Shown here: in pieces, positions 22,740 to 32,489 of the stretch
How positions within the stretch are numbered: the stretch's first letter is position 1
How the letters are laid out: each line of letters opens with the position of its first letter
Assembly (NCBI GenBank): GCA_963829015.1
Contig: CAWHGR010000005.1
Span: 12,738-76,737, forward strand
DNA length: 64,000 nt
DNA from: an uncultured Planctomycetota bacterium
GTDB taxonomy: Bacteria; Planctomycetota; UBA1135; GCA-002686595
Direction: 5' to 3'
The notes under the pieces: model-generated
Databases searched by the model: none
What the model was told of the DNA's origin: nothing
Seen by the model: the letters and a program-made list of their open reading frames with translations, nothing else
Position numbers and translations under genes: made by a program

Positions 22740-23775
22740 CTAAACCACGTCGTCGGGGGCGAGCGCGCAGGCGAGATGCTGATCGACCTCGATCTGCATG
22801 GTGGCGTGGTTGATCTTGAACCGCAGCGGCGAGCTCCTCCGCCAGTCCATGGATGAAGGCGTCCCCGGGGTGCCCACGCGGCATCACCAGATGGCAGGTC
22901 AAGCGCGATTTCCGTGGTGCTCATCGGCCAGATGTGCAGGTCGTGCAGGCTGGCGACGTCCGGGCGACCTTTCGAGAAGGCCGCGCACCTCGGCGGGATC
23001 GATCTGGGGCGGGACGGCGGCCATCGACATTCCCAGCGAAGTCCCGCAGCAGGCCCCAGGTGCCCCAGACGATCACCGCGTTGATGGCGAGGCTGACGAG
23101 CGGGTCGAGCCAGAGCCATCCGGTGAGCAGGATCACCAGGCCCGCGACCACCACCCCGACCGAGACCAGCGCGTCGGCGGCCATGTGCAAAAACGCGCCG
23201 CGCACATTGAGGTCGCCCTTGCGGCCGGAGGCGAACAGCCAGGCGGTGACGCCGTTGACGAGGATGCCGATGGCGGCGACCGACCATCACCGTCGCGCCG
23301 GCCACCGGCTCGGGATCGCTCAAGCGCTGGATCGCCTCCCACGAAATCGCGCCCGACGGTCAGCAGCAGGAAAACCGCGTTGAACAGCGCGGCCAGGATC
23401 GAGGAGCCGCGCAGCCCGTAGGTGAAACGCGCGGACGGCGCCCGCTTCACCAGCACGCGTCGGCGATCCAGGCGACCAGCAGCCCGAGCACGTCGCCGAG
23501 ATTGTGCCCGGCGTCCGCCAGCAGCGCGACCGAGTTGCTGATGAAGCCGTAGGCGGCCTCGATGATCACATAGGTGACGTTGAGGACGATGCCGATCGCG
23601 AAGGCCTCGCCGAAGCTGGCGGGCGCATGAACGTGCCCCATGTGCGAATGGCCGTGACCTGATCGTGGCCGTGACGTTCGTGGCCATGATCGTGATCGTG
23701 CCCATGATCGTGGTCATGATCATGATGCTGGCCGTGGGCGTGGTCATGCCCATCATGGTCGTGATGGTGGCTCAT
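22740..23775 (-). pseudogene. czcD: Cation diffusion facilitator (CzcD-like) with His-rich N-terminus, at least 5 frame shifts
   Basis: MSHHHDHDGHDHAHGQHHDHDHDHGHDHDHGH..., FAIGIVLNVTYVIIEAAYGFISNSVALLADAGHNLGDV, YGLRGSSILAALFNAVFLLL, NVRGAFLHMAADALVSVGVVVAGLVILLTGWLWLDPLVSL, LHDLHIWPMSTTEIAL and the C-terminal MQIEVDQHLACALAPDDVV are spread over three minus-strand frames. Confidence 0.8.
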
Positions 23776-24038
23776 GAATGCCTTGCCTCTTTCGCCGCCT
23801 GTCGGTCGCCGATCACCCGCGTGTTATGACCCTGCGGGAAATCGAACAAGGCCAGATTCCCCATGGGTCGCGCAAGTGCCGTCCGGCCTGCCGCCCGCGC
23901 CGGGTCGCCGACATGTTCCTCATGATTTCTTCCTTGCCGCGGGCCGGACTATAGGCCAAAGCGTGACCCGAATGTGCGTTCGCGGAATGTGCATTCGCGT
24001 TTCACCCACCCGGCTCCAACTTCGGCAGGAAACATACG

Positions 24039-25002
24039 ATGAAAGCCGTCTACATCGACAAGCATGGCGGGCCTGAAGTCCTGACCTATGGCGACGTGCC
24101 GGATCCCGTCGCCAAGCCGGGCGAGGTCGTGGTCGACATCTTCGCTGCCAGCGTCAACGGCGCCGACTGGAAGGTGCGCTCGGGCAGCTCCTACCAGGCA
24201 TCGCATTTCCCCTACGTCCTCGGGCGCGACTTTTCCGGCGTGGTCAGCGCCGTCGGCGACGGGTGTCCACGACTTCGCGGTCGGCGATGCCGTGTTCGGC
24301 GTCTGCGATGTCGGCCAGGAGGGGGCCTATGCGGAGAAGATCGCGATCAAGGCCGCGATCATCGCGAAAAAGCCGGAGAGCCTGTCGCACGCCGAGGCCG
24401 CCGGCCTGGCGCTGGCGGGCCTCACCGCGCTGGTCTCCGTCGAGGATACGCTGCAGCTGAAGTCCGGCGAGACCATCCTGATCCAGGGCGGCGCCGGCGG
24501 TGTCGCGAGCTTCGCCGTCCAGCTCGCCAAGCATATCGGCGCCCGCGTCATCACCACCGCGCGGGCGGAAAATCACGACTATCTCCGCTCGATCGGCGCC
24601 GACGAGATCATCGACTACAACACCACGGACTTCACCAAGGTCGTTTCCGGTTGCGACGCCGTCTTCGATACCGTCGGCGGCGCCGTGGCGGAAAAATCGT
24701 TTGCGGTGCTCAGGCCGGGCGGCCGCGCGGCCTTCATCGGGTCGGGCCCGAAGGCGCCGCCATCGCCGCGCAGCGACGTGCGCTCGCTGCGTCCGGCGGT
24801 CGGACGCGACCGCGCGCATCTCGAGCGCATCGTCGAATTGGTGCAGTCGGGCGCCGTGCGCGCGCCCGAGATCACGCTTTATCGCCTGTCCGATGCCGTC
24901 GCCGCCCACCGCGTCAGCGAGGCGCGCCACCTGCGCGGCAAGCTGGTGTTCCAGGTGATAGTCTTACTGAGTCAGGACACTGAGTCACAAGGTCGCGGGT
25001 GA
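24039..25002 (+). pseudogene. Zn-independent quinone oxidoreductase/MDR family, one frame shift near 24262; last ~14 codons probably IS-derived
   Basis: MKAVYIDKHGGPEVLTYGDVPDPVAKPGEVVVDIFAASVNGADWKVRSG...GRDFSGVVSAVGDG, then in the next frame VHDFAVGDAVFGV...ILIQGGAGGVASFAVQLAKHIGARVITTA...HLRGKLVFQV. Confidence 0.8.
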
Positions 25003-26440
25003 TTGTGATTGAGAATCAGATAGTTGCGAAAGCTCATCTCGAGCGGGAGGAGCGGGGATGGATTTTGCGGCTATCATTGATGGGGTCGAGAGTTTTGCGG
25101 CTTATGTCGGCGAACTGGCGAACGTGATCGGTCATGTTGGTCGGGTGGCGCCGCTGCACGACTATTGCGCGGGCCTGTTGGCGAGCGAAGGACGGCGCAG
25201 TGTCGAACCGATGGCGGCGCTGACGGCGCCGGCCGAGGTATCGGTGCAGCATCAGCGGCTGTTGCATTTTGTCGGCGAAGCCGATTGGTCGGACGCGCGG
25301 GTATTGATGAAAGTACGCCAGTTGGTGGTGCCGGTGATCGAGGACGGCGAGCCGATCAAGGCGTGGATCATCGACGACACATCCTATCCCAAGCAAGGCA
25401 ACCATTCGGTGGGCGTGCACCATCAGTATTGCGGACAGCTCGGCAAGCAGGCCAACTGCCAGGCGGCGGTGACGCTGTCGATCGCCAATCATCACGCCAG
25501 TCTCCCGATCGCCCATCAACTGTATCTGCCGAAGGCCTGGGCCACTGATGCCGCGCGGCGCCGCAAAGCGCATGTCCCGAAGACGGTGCGCTTCATGACC
25601 AAGCCGCAGATCGCGCTCATGCAGATCACCGCGGCACTCAAGGCGGGCGTCGCGCCCGGCGTCGTGCTGATGGATGCGAGCTACGGCACCAATGCGGGGC
25701 TGCGCTCCGGCATTGCCGCGCTCGGCCTCACCTATGCGGGCGCCATTGTGCCGACCGTCAAAGTGTGCGCCGTTGCCGAGCCGCGAGAGCGCGTGAGCGT
25801 GAAGACACTGGCGCTCCGCTTGCCGAAACATGCCTGGCGCACCATCACCTGGCGCGAGGGTTCGGCCGAGAAGCTCACGTCACGCTTTGCCCGCGTGCGC
25901 GTGCGCACCGCGCCGAGCAAGGGCGCGCGTGAACTGGGCGCTGCTGGCCGCCCGGAAGAGACGCTGTTGATCGAATGGCCGCCGGGCGAAGCCGCCCCCA
26001 CCAAATACTGGCTCTCAAACCTTCCCGCGAAAACCAAATTTCGTGACATCGTCGATATCACCAAAATGCGCTGGCGCATCGAGCGCGATTATCAGGAGCT
26101 CAAACAGGAGATCGGGCTCGACCACTACGAGGGCCGCGGCTGGCGCGGCTTTCATCATCACGCCACACTGTGCATCGCGGCTTACGGCTTCCTGATCTCC
26201 CAACGGGAGAAGATTCCCCCCTCAGCACCACGTGCCGCCGCTGTGCTCGCGAAACCTGCCCTTCCCGCCGGTTACCGACCCCGCGGCGCCGCCGATCAGG
26301 CCGCAGCGCCACGTCCCCAACTCAATCGCCACCATGCATCATCTGCTGATCGTCGCGCTCGCCCGTGCCCTACCGCGATGCCCTTGCTGCGCCCGCAGAT
26401 TCCCGCCAACCAGGCAAAAACTTTCCGGTAGCAGCGCTTG
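24960..26440 (+). mobile_element. IS701-family element; ends only approximate (no clear inverted repeats found by eye)
   Basis: A transposase ORF is flanked on the left by the natural-looking end of the oxidoreductase (GKLVFQV). On the right is a cupin gene whose 3' end is replaced after ...EMHYYDESKR at about 26432. Confidence 0.6.
25058..26431 (+). CDS. IS701-family DDE transposase (C-terminal tail appears shifted into another frame near 26290)
   Basis: HDYCAGLLASEGRRSVEPMAA...QRLLHFVGEADWSD...AWIIDDTSYPKQGNHSVGVHHQYCGQLGKQANCQAAVTLS...VVLMDASYG...RIERDYQELKQEIGLDHYEGRGWRGFHHHATLCIAAYGFL. The family-typical tail HVPNSIATMHHLLIVALARALPRCPCC is read in ORF 26232..26492. Confidence 0.85.
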   Translation: MDFAAIIDGVESFAAYVGELANVIGHVGRVAPLHDYCAGLLASEGRRSVEPMAALTAPAEVSVQHQRLLHFVGEADWSDARVLMKVRQLVVPVIEDGEPIKAWIIDDTSYPKQGNHSVGVHHQYCGQLGKQANCQAAVTLSIANHHASLPIAHQLYLPKAWATDAARRRKAHVPKTVRFMTKPQIALMQITAALKAGVAPGVVLMDASYGTNAGLRSGIAALGLTYAGAIVPTVKVCAVAEPRERVSVKTLALRLPKHAWRTITWREGSAEKLTSRFARVRVRTAPSKGARELGAAGRPEETLLIEWPPGEAAPTKYWLSNLPAKTKFRDIVDITKMRWRIERDYQELKQEIGLDHYEGRGWRGFHHHATLCIAAYGFLISQREKIPPSAPRAAAVLAKPALPAGYRPRGAADQAAAPRPQLNRHHASSADRRARPCPTAMPLLRPQIPANQAKTFR

Positions 26441-26818
26441 CTCTCGTCGTAGTAGTGCATTTCGAACAGCAGGCATCCCTGTTCCGACTTGAAGGGCCCG
26501 TGGTGGACGCCGGGCGGGCGGCACGCATAGGTCGGCGCCATGAACGGCTCGCCGCCCCTGCCCTGCGCATCATTGCCGACGATGAGGTCGCCGGACATCA
26601 GATAGACCTCCTCCCAATGGTCATGGACGAAGGGAACGGTGGTGTAGACGCCGGGCTCGAATTTCAAGAGCCGCGAGCGGCTCCCCATCTTTTTGGTCTC
26701 GTCGAGGTCGCTCGCGGAGAATCTTCTGCTTGATCCCGGCGGGATAGCCGGCGGGCGTGTGCCAGCCTTCGTTCATGTCGACGGGGTGGAATTCGAGATG
26801 CGGTTTGTTCATCGGCAT
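26430..26818 (-). pseudogene. Cupin-domain protein, one frame shift (~26690) and 3' end displaced by the IS701 element
   Basis: MPMNKPHLEFHPVDMNEGWHTPAGYPAGIKQKI, then in the next frame SASDLDETKKMGSRSRLLKFEPGVYTTVPFVHDHWEEVYLMSGDLIVGN...YACRPPGVHHGPFKSEQGCLLFEMHYYDE. Confidence 0.6.
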
Positions 26819-27040
26819 GATGGCGGTAATTCCTTTTGATTCTCGGCTTTTACCAACGTTCGCATGTCTTGTGTATCACTGGGCGTCTCGGGACATCGCC
26901 TCCGCCATTCAACACAACGGGTGGTTGTCGTGGCCGCCATATTGGTGATAAAGCGATTGTCTTGGTGGGACATTTTTTGGAGTATCCGCGTTGACTGAGC
27001 GCTCCATAGGCCCAATGTACGGGTGGAAAGGTGACGGCAG

Positions 27041-27976
27041 ATGGATTTCCCTGCGCTGGGTGTGCTAGTTCTGGCGACCGTGAATGCGCCGTACAGCGTA
27101 AAGCTGGACGCGGAGGAACTTGCTCACTGCCTTGTTGACCCCGCCGCAGCGAAAGCCAAGCCAGGTCATATGTCATCGTTTTTCGGCGAGGTTAAGCCGG
27201 AGCTGCAAGCGGCATTTGCCGACCACTTCAACATTACCGATGTCCAACTTGAAGCTGCCAAGATGGATTTCGCAGCGTATTCGGGCGAATCTCTACGCTC
27301 CCGCCGCGTGAGCACCGCAACCTCCTCGGGTGGGTGGCAGCGGCTGTTCAAGCAGGCGTGCTCACTTATCCGACAAGCTAACATTGGCGACGATTGGACA
27401 TTCGGCGGCGGTACCGCGATGATGATACAGATCGGTCACCGCGAAAGCCGTGACATAGACATTTTTCTATCAGACCCCCAACTACTTCCTTTGCTCGATC
27501 CTCAGAAGAATGATTTTGAATTTGAAATTCAGCCCAATGTTTACATGGGTGACGGCACCATCTCTCAAAGATTTGCGTTCGGTGACGGAGAAATCGATTT
27601 CATTGTGGCAAGCGCTCTGACGTCCTCGCCATCAATACCAATGACTGTGGAAGGTGAGGCGATTCGGCTAGAAACCATTCCCGAGATCATCACTAAAAAG
27701 GTCTTCTATCGTAGAGCCCTTATAAAGCCGCGCGATATTTTCGACATCGCGGCAGCATGCGAAAACCATGAAGCTTCCGTGGTCGCAGCGCTAAGAGACT
27801 ATCCCGATCAAGTGACTCAGGCACTTGCCGCAATAAGGAAACTGAATCCTTCATTTGTGAAAGGTACGATAGCGGAATTGGCCATTAGGGATGAGTTCAA
27901 AACAACAGCCGAGACGGCGCTCGAAAGAGCCAAAGACATTTTGGGTGCAATCCAACCGAAAACTACTCCCACATAA
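27041..27976 (+). CDS. Nucleotidyltransferase AbiEii/AbiGii toxin-family (DUF1814-like) protein; true start may be 27170 or 27263
   Basis: WTFGGGTAMMIQIGHRESRDIDIF matches the GGTAL...R.S.DIDF motif. KKVFYRRALIKPRDIFDIAAA matches the K..A...R....RD.YD motif. The gene sits in a conspicuously AT-richer stretch than its surroundings. Confidence 0.6.
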   Translation: MDFPALGVLVLATVNAPYSVKLDAEELAHCLVDPAAAKAKPGHMSSFFGEVKPELQAAFADHFNITDVQLEAAKMDFAAYSGESLRSRRVSTATSSGGWQRLFKQACSLIRQANIGDDWTFGGGTAMMIQIGHRESRDIDIFLSDPQLLPLLDPQKNDFEFEIQPNVYMGDGTISQRFAFGDGEIDFIVASALTSSPSIPMTVEGEAIRLETIPEIITKKVFYRRALIKPRDIFDIAAACENHEASVVAALRDYPDQVTQALAAIRKLNPSFVKGTIAELAIRDEFKTTAETALERAKDILGAIQPKTTPT

Positions 27977-28087
27977 ATCGGAACCTAGTCTCGCGCCTTT
28001 TTAGACTTCTTGTCCTTGTAACGTCTGTCATACCGGTGCCTTCGGAAACAGGCATACGCATCGGCGCGGCATCTACGGAGAACCATC

Positions 28088-28573
28088 ATGAACCGCACCT
28101 CTGCGAGGCGAGACCCACAGACGCTTCAAGCATCGATCGTTCCCGGATCGGTGATCGTGGCTTCGACCGGTACGGGTCCCTTCGAGCAGGTTCTTCTCGA
28201 CGGGCGCCACGCCTTGCGTGCCGACGAGCCGGCCGCGGTCGGCGGAGGCGATGCCGGCCCAGGCCCCTATGAGCTCTTGTTGATGGCGCTGGGCAGTTGC
28301 ACCTCGATGACGATCAACATGTACGCGACACGGAAAAAATGGGCGCTCGACCAGGTCGTGGTGCGGCTGCGACACGAACGGGTCTACGCCGATGATTGCA
28401 TCAACTGTGAAGACCAAAAGTCGAAGATCGATCGCATCTGGTGCAGCATCGAGCTGATCGGCGCATTGGACGACGCACAACGCAACAGATTGATCGAGAT
28501 CGCAAAGCAGTGTCCCGTCCACCGCACGCTGACCAGCAAGGCCGAAATCCGCACCGATCTCGTTGCGCTCTGA
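28088..28573 (+). CDS. OsmC-family protein
   Basis: GDAGPGPYELLLMALGSCTSMTINMYATRKKW...IELIGALDDAQRNRLIEIAKQCPVHRTL is the OsmC/Ohr fold with both conserved Cys contexts. Confidence 0.85.
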   Translation: MNRTSARRDPQTLQASIVPGSVIVASTGTGPFEQVLLDGRHALRADEPAAVGGGDAGPGPYELLLMALGSCTSMTINMYATRKKWALDQVVVRLRHERVYADDCINCEDQKSKIDRIWCSIELIGALDDAQRNRLIEIAKQCPVHRTLTSKAEIRTDLVAL

Positions 28574-28620
28574 GATGTCGTCGCACCGCCAGCAAGCGTC
28601 GGGCGCCTCGCCACAAAACC

Positions 28621-29322
28621 TCACCCCATGATGGGCAGGATACGCACCGCATAGGCATGCGCGATGCGCCGGCCGAGCACGGGGTCTTCGATCTCGTATT
28701 CGAACCGCGGCGTCGGCCGCACCCCGCCGCGCGCGGCGAGCGTGCCGCAAAACATGATCGTGTTCTCGGGCAACCGGGCGCTGCTCCCGACGCAGCGGCC
28801 GATCAGGTCGAGCGGCGCCAGCATCGCGGTGACGCCGCCCTCCTGGTAGAGCTTGCGCTCGCCGTTCTCGACCACGTGGGAGCGCAGCAGGAGGCGGTCC
28901 CAATGGGGCGCGACCTCGTCGAACGCCCAGAACGCGGGCGCCAGCGGCTTGTCGCACATCTGCTTGGACACGGTGACGCCATAGGTCTCGACCTCGCGGT
29001 CGGTGTGGTCGGACCCGGTGCCGACCCACATGCGTCCGTCATGCTGCAGCAGGACGAACTCGACTTCGCCGCCGGAGGTCGCGCCGACCGCCTCGATCTC
29101 GGCGTCGGTGGTGAGCCGCGCCGCGCCGACGCGGTAGAAGATCGGCGTCGAGGCCGGGCGCTTCACGCCCAAGGCTTCCAATTCCCGCACGTGCTTTTCC
29201 ACCGCGGCGGGATCGCGGCCGGTCCAGCCGGCGATGATCGCGTCGTCGATGGCGACGTCGGCCCGGCGCGATGTCGCGCCGCTCGACAAGGTGAGGGAAA
29301 GGGTTCGGCGGGGCACGGGCAT
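28621..29322 (-). CDS. DUF2848 domain protein
   Basis: AIIAGWTGRDPAAVEKHVRELEALGVKRPASTPIFYRVGAARLT...EVEFVLLQHDGRMWVGTGSDHTDREVETYGVTVSKQMCDKPLA...MFCGTLAARGGVRP. Confidence 0.65.
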   Translation of the reverse strand: MPVPRRTLSLTLSSGATSRRADVAIDDAIIAGWTGRDPAAVEKHVRELEALGVKRPASTPIFYRVGAARLTTDAEIEAVGATSGGEVEFVLLQHDGRMWVGTGSDHTDREVETYGVTVSKQMCDKPLAPAFWAFDEVAPHWDRLLLRSHVVENGERKLYQEGGVTAMLAPLDLIGRCVGSSARLPENTIMFCGTLAARGGVRPTPRFEYEIEDPVLGRRIAHAYAVRILPIMG

Positions 29323-29401
29323 GTCCGGGGTTGCGGGCCAACTTTGTGGATCGATTCCATGAAACCAATGGCATGGGGACGGATGGAATTCAAAACAGGG
29401 A

Positions 29402-29506
29402 CCTCATCCTGAGGGCGCCGCAGGCGCGTCTCGAAGGATGGCCGCCGGCACGATCTCGCTTGTGGCCGTCCTTCGAGACAACGCTGCGCGCCTCCTCAGG
29501 ACGAGG
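29402..29506. repeat. Inverted pair of ~42-bp REP units (cctcatcctgagg...gtctcgaaggatgg type) in a divergent promoter region
   Basis: cctcatcctgagggcgccgcaggcgcgtctcgaaggatggcc, and the reverse complement of ggccgtccttcgagacaacgctgcgcgcctcctcaggacgagg, are near-identical units. The motif class is common in Bradyrhizobium/Rhodopseudomonas intergenic DNA. Confidence 0.55.
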
Positions 29507-29645
29507 CTTATGGATGATATGGATATGACTCGAGCTTCGGATACGCTGCACCGACGGTGAGATGTTAATCCACACACACGCGCGCGATCGCAAGCCCACC
29601 TATTGATCGCCGGGCCCGCGTGGGGCATGTCTGCATCCCGATCGG

Positions 29646-31013
29646 ATGGGACCTCTCAAAATGCGGACGCTGGCGCAGTCGGTGCGCGAAATGGAAGCCG
29701 GAGGGTCGAGCCGGTCCCTGGTCGAGGAATGCCTCGCCCGGATCGCCGGCCCCGCCGGCGAAGGCCGTCGCGTCTTTCTCAAGGTGCATGCCGAGACCGC
29801 GCGCGCCGCGGCCGATCACATCGATAGCCTGCGTCGGCACGGCGCCGCGCCGTCGCGCTTTGCCGGCATTCCCGTCTCCGTCAAGGACCTGTTCGATGTC
29901 GCCGGCGACGTCACCATGTCCGGCTCGGTGGCGCTGCGCGATGCGCCGCCCGCGGCGGCCGATGCGCCGGCGGTCGCGCGCCTGCGCGCCGCCGGCCTGA
30001 TCCCGATCGGCCGCACCAACATGACGGAGTTCGCGTTCACCGGCCTCGGCATCAATCCGCATTACGACACGCCGCGCAATCCGTACGACCGCGCCACCGG
30101 CCGGCTTCCCGGCGGCTCGTCGTCGGGCGCCGCGGTGTCGGTGAGCGACGGCATGGCGGTGGGCGCGCTCGGCACCGACACCGGCGGCTCCTGCCGCATC
30201 CCGGCGGCGCTGTGCGGCGTCGTCGGCTACAAGCCGACCGCGAAGCGGATTCCGCTCGCCGGCGTGCTGCCGCTGTCGTTCTCGCTCGATTCGGTGGGGC
30301 CGTTGGCGCCGACCGTCGCCTGCTGCGCCGCCCTCGACGCGATCATGGCGGGCGAGGAGCCCGCAGACCTCGAGCCGTTTCCGCTGCGAGGATTGCGGCT
30401 CGCGGCGCCGCAGGCGGTGGTGCTCGACGGCCTCGACCAAACGGTGTCGCGCAGCTACGCGCTTGCGCTCTCCGCGCTGAGCAAGGCAGGCGCCGGGATC
30501 ACCGACATTGCACTGCACGAGCTCACGGAGATCGCGACGCTCAATGGGCGCGGCGGCTTCGCCGCGTCGGAAGCCTACGCGTGGCACCGCATGCTGATCG
30601 AAGCCAAGGGCGCGCTCTATGATCCCCGCGTGCTCATGCGCATCATGCGCGGCAAGGACATGAGTGCGGCGGAATACATCGAATTGAGCCGCGGCCGCAT
30701 CGACCTGATCCGCCGGGTCGCGGCGATCACCAGCCATTACGATGCGCTGGTGATGCCGACGGTTCCCCTCATCGCGCCGCCCCTCGCCGATCTCGACGCC
30801 GAGGAGGCCTACCGCAAGGTCAACCTGCAGGTGCTGCGCAACCCCACCGTCGCCAACATGCTCGACCGCTGCGCCATTTCGCTGCCCTGCCACCGCCCCG
30901 GCGAAGCGCCGGTCGGGCTGATGCTGATCGGCGAGCATGGCGGGGATCGCCGCCTGTTCGCCATCGCCGCCGGCATCGAGGCGGTCGTGTCGCCGATCGT
31001 GGGACCCGCGTGA
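29646..31013 (+). CDS. Amidase-signature family amidohydrolase
   Basis: GIPVSVKDLFDVAGDVTMSGS...RLPGGSSSGAAVSVSDGMAVGALGTDTGGSCRIPAALCGVVGYKPT is the Ser-cisSer-Lys amidase signature. An alternative ATG lies at 29661. Confidence 0.85.
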   Translation: MGPLKMRTLAQSVREMEAGGSSRSLVEECLARIAGPAGEGRRVFLKVHAETARAAADHIDSLRRHGAAPSRFAGIPVSVKDLFDVAGDVTMSGSVALRDAPPAAADAPAVARLRAAGLIPIGRTNMTEFAFTGLGINPHYDTPRNPYDRATGRLPGGSSSGAAVSVSDGMAVGALGTDTGGSCRIPAALCGVVGYKPTAKRIPLAGVLPLSFSLDSVGPLAPTVACCAALDAIMAGEEPADLEPFPLRGLRLAAPQAVVLDGLDQTVSRSYALALSALSKAGAGITDIALHELTEIATLNGRGGFAASEAYAWHRMLIEAKGALYDPRVLMRIMRGKDMSAAEYIELSRGRIDLIRRVAAITSHYDALVMPTVPLIAPPLADLDAEEAYRKVNLQVLRNPTVANMLDRCAISLPCHRPGEAPVGLMLIGEHGGDRRLFAIAAGIEAVVSPIVGPA

Positions 31014-32116
31014 TGGGCGACCTGCTGTTCAAGCTGGCGAGCCCGGTGCTCGCGGTCCTCGACCCGGAGCGCGCCCATGGCCTGACCGTGCAGGCGCTCA
31101 AGCTCGGCCGCAATCTCGGCCTCGGACGAACTCGCGAGCCCGACGATCCCATCCTCGCAACCTCCGTGTGGGGCCTCGACTTCCCCAATCCGGTCGGCCT
31201 TGCCGCCGGGTTCGATAAGCATGCGGAGGTCTGCGACGCCATGCTGGCGCTCGGCTTCGGCTTCGTCGAAGCGGGCACGGTGACGCCGCGGCCGCAGCCC
31301 GGCAATTCCGGCCAGCGGCTGTTCCGCCTTGCCGAGGACGAGGCCGTGATCAACCGGTTCGGCTTCAACAGCTGCGGCATCGCGCCGTTTGCCGGACGAC
31401 TGGCGAAGCGCCGCGCCGCAAGCAACAAGGGCGCGGGCGGCATCGTCGGCGCCAATCTCGGCAAGAACCGCGACACCTTCGACGGCGCTGCCGATTACAT
31501 CGCCTGCATCGAAGCGGTATCGGGATTGGCGGACTATCTCGTCATCAACATCTCCTCGCCGAACACGCCGGGGCTGCGGGCGCTGCAGGCGCGCGCCCAG
31601 ATCGAGGAGCTGCTCGCGCGCGTCCAAAATGCCCGGCGTGCGAGTACCGCACCGCGCCAGCCGCCGCTACTGGTGAAGGTCGGCCCCGATCTCGATGACG
31701 GCGAAATACGCGACATCGCGGAGGTGGCGCTGGCGAGCGGCGTCGACGGCCTCATCATCGGCAACACCACGGTGGCGCGCCCGCCGAGCCTGAAGAGCCC
31801 GCACCGCTCGGCGCCGGGCGGTCTCTCCGGCAGGCCGCTGCTCGGCCCCTCCACCGCCTGCCTGGCCGCCATGTACCGGGCGACCCGCGGCAAGCTCCCC
31901 ATCATCGGCTGCGGCGGGATCGCGAGCGGTGCCGACGCCTATGCCAAGATTCGCGCCGGCGCCTCGCTGGTGCAGCTCTATTCGGCGCTGGCCTTCCACG
32001 GGCCGTCGCTGGTCGGCAGCATCAAGCGCGACCTCGCCGCACGCCTGCGCGCGGACGGCTTTGCCCGCGTGGGCGACGCGGTGGGAGCGGACCAGCCCTT
32101 AAAGTCGCCTCCCTGA
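31013..32116 (+). CDS. pyrD: Dihydroorotate dehydrogenase (quinone), class 2
   Basis: DPERAHGLTVQALK...GLDFPNPVGLAAGFDKHAEV...GFGFVEAGTVTPRPQPGN...RLFRLAEDEAVINRFGFNS...NISSPNTPGLRALQ...IGCGGIASGADAYAKIRAGASLVQLYSAL. The start overlaps the amidase stop (TGATG). Confidence 0.9.
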   Translation: MGDLLFKLASPVLAVLDPERAHGLTVQALKLGRNLGLGRTREPDDPILATSVWGLDFPNPVGLAAGFDKHAEVCDAMLALGFGFVEAGTVTPRPQPGNSGQRLFRLAEDEAVINRFGFNSCGIAPFAGRLAKRRAASNKGAGGIVGANLGKNRDTFDGAADYIACIEAVSGLADYLVINISSPNTPGLRALQARAQIEELLARVQNARRASTAPRQPPLLVKVGPDLDDGEIRDIAEVALASGVDGLIIGNTTVARPPSLKSPHRSAPGGLSGRPLLGPSTACLAAMYRATRGKLPIIGCGGIASGADAYAKIRAGASLVQLYSALAFHGPSLVGSIKRDLAARLRADGFARVGDAVGADQPLKSPP

Positions 32117-32221
32117 AGTCAGCCCCTAGCAATCCGGCCGCGCATCCATTATAAGCCCGGCTTCCGTCTACAACCCGATTTTGGCGTTCGCCGCCGTATC
32201 CAGGAATGCGAGGAGACCATC

Positions 32222-32407
32222 ATGGCCGTGCCGAAAAAGAAGACGTCGCCGTCGAGACGCGGCATGCGGCGTTCCGCCGACGCGTTGAAGCCGCCGACCT
32301 ATGTGGAAGACAAGGATTCCGGCGAGTTGCGCCGGCCCCATCACATCGACATGAAAACCGGCATGTATCGCGGCCGCCAGGTGTTCAAGGTGAAGTCCGA
32401 GGCCTGA
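32222..32407 (+). CDS. rpmF: 50S ribosomal protein L32
   Basis: [54 protein letters not shown] is the canonical alphaproteobacterial L32. A GAGGAG Shine-Dalgarno sequence lies upstream. Confidence 0.95.
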   Translation: MAVPKKKTSPSRRGMRRSADALKPPTYVEDKDSGELRRPHHIDMKTGMYRGRQVFKVKSEA

Positions 32408-32489
32408 GCCGGGCCTCGGTCGGCTCCTCAGGCGAGAGCAGGGGGCGGCACGGTACCGTCCGGACCGTCATAGATCCCGAGGTCGGCCG

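Noticed and set aside
23640-23775. His/Asp-rich N-terminus (HHHDHDGHDHAHGQHHDHDHDHGHDHDHGH) as a novel metal-binding peptide
   Set aside because: His-rich N-terminal or loop extensions are common in CzcD/ZitB-type cation diffusion facilitators. Here it is simply the start of the decayed czcD-like gene.
26232-26492. Programmed ribosomal frameshift in the IS701 transposase
   Set aside because: IS701-family transposases are normally single-ORF. There is no slippery A-rich heptamer at the switch, and the same kind of 1-nt frame break occurs in many unrelated genes of this window.
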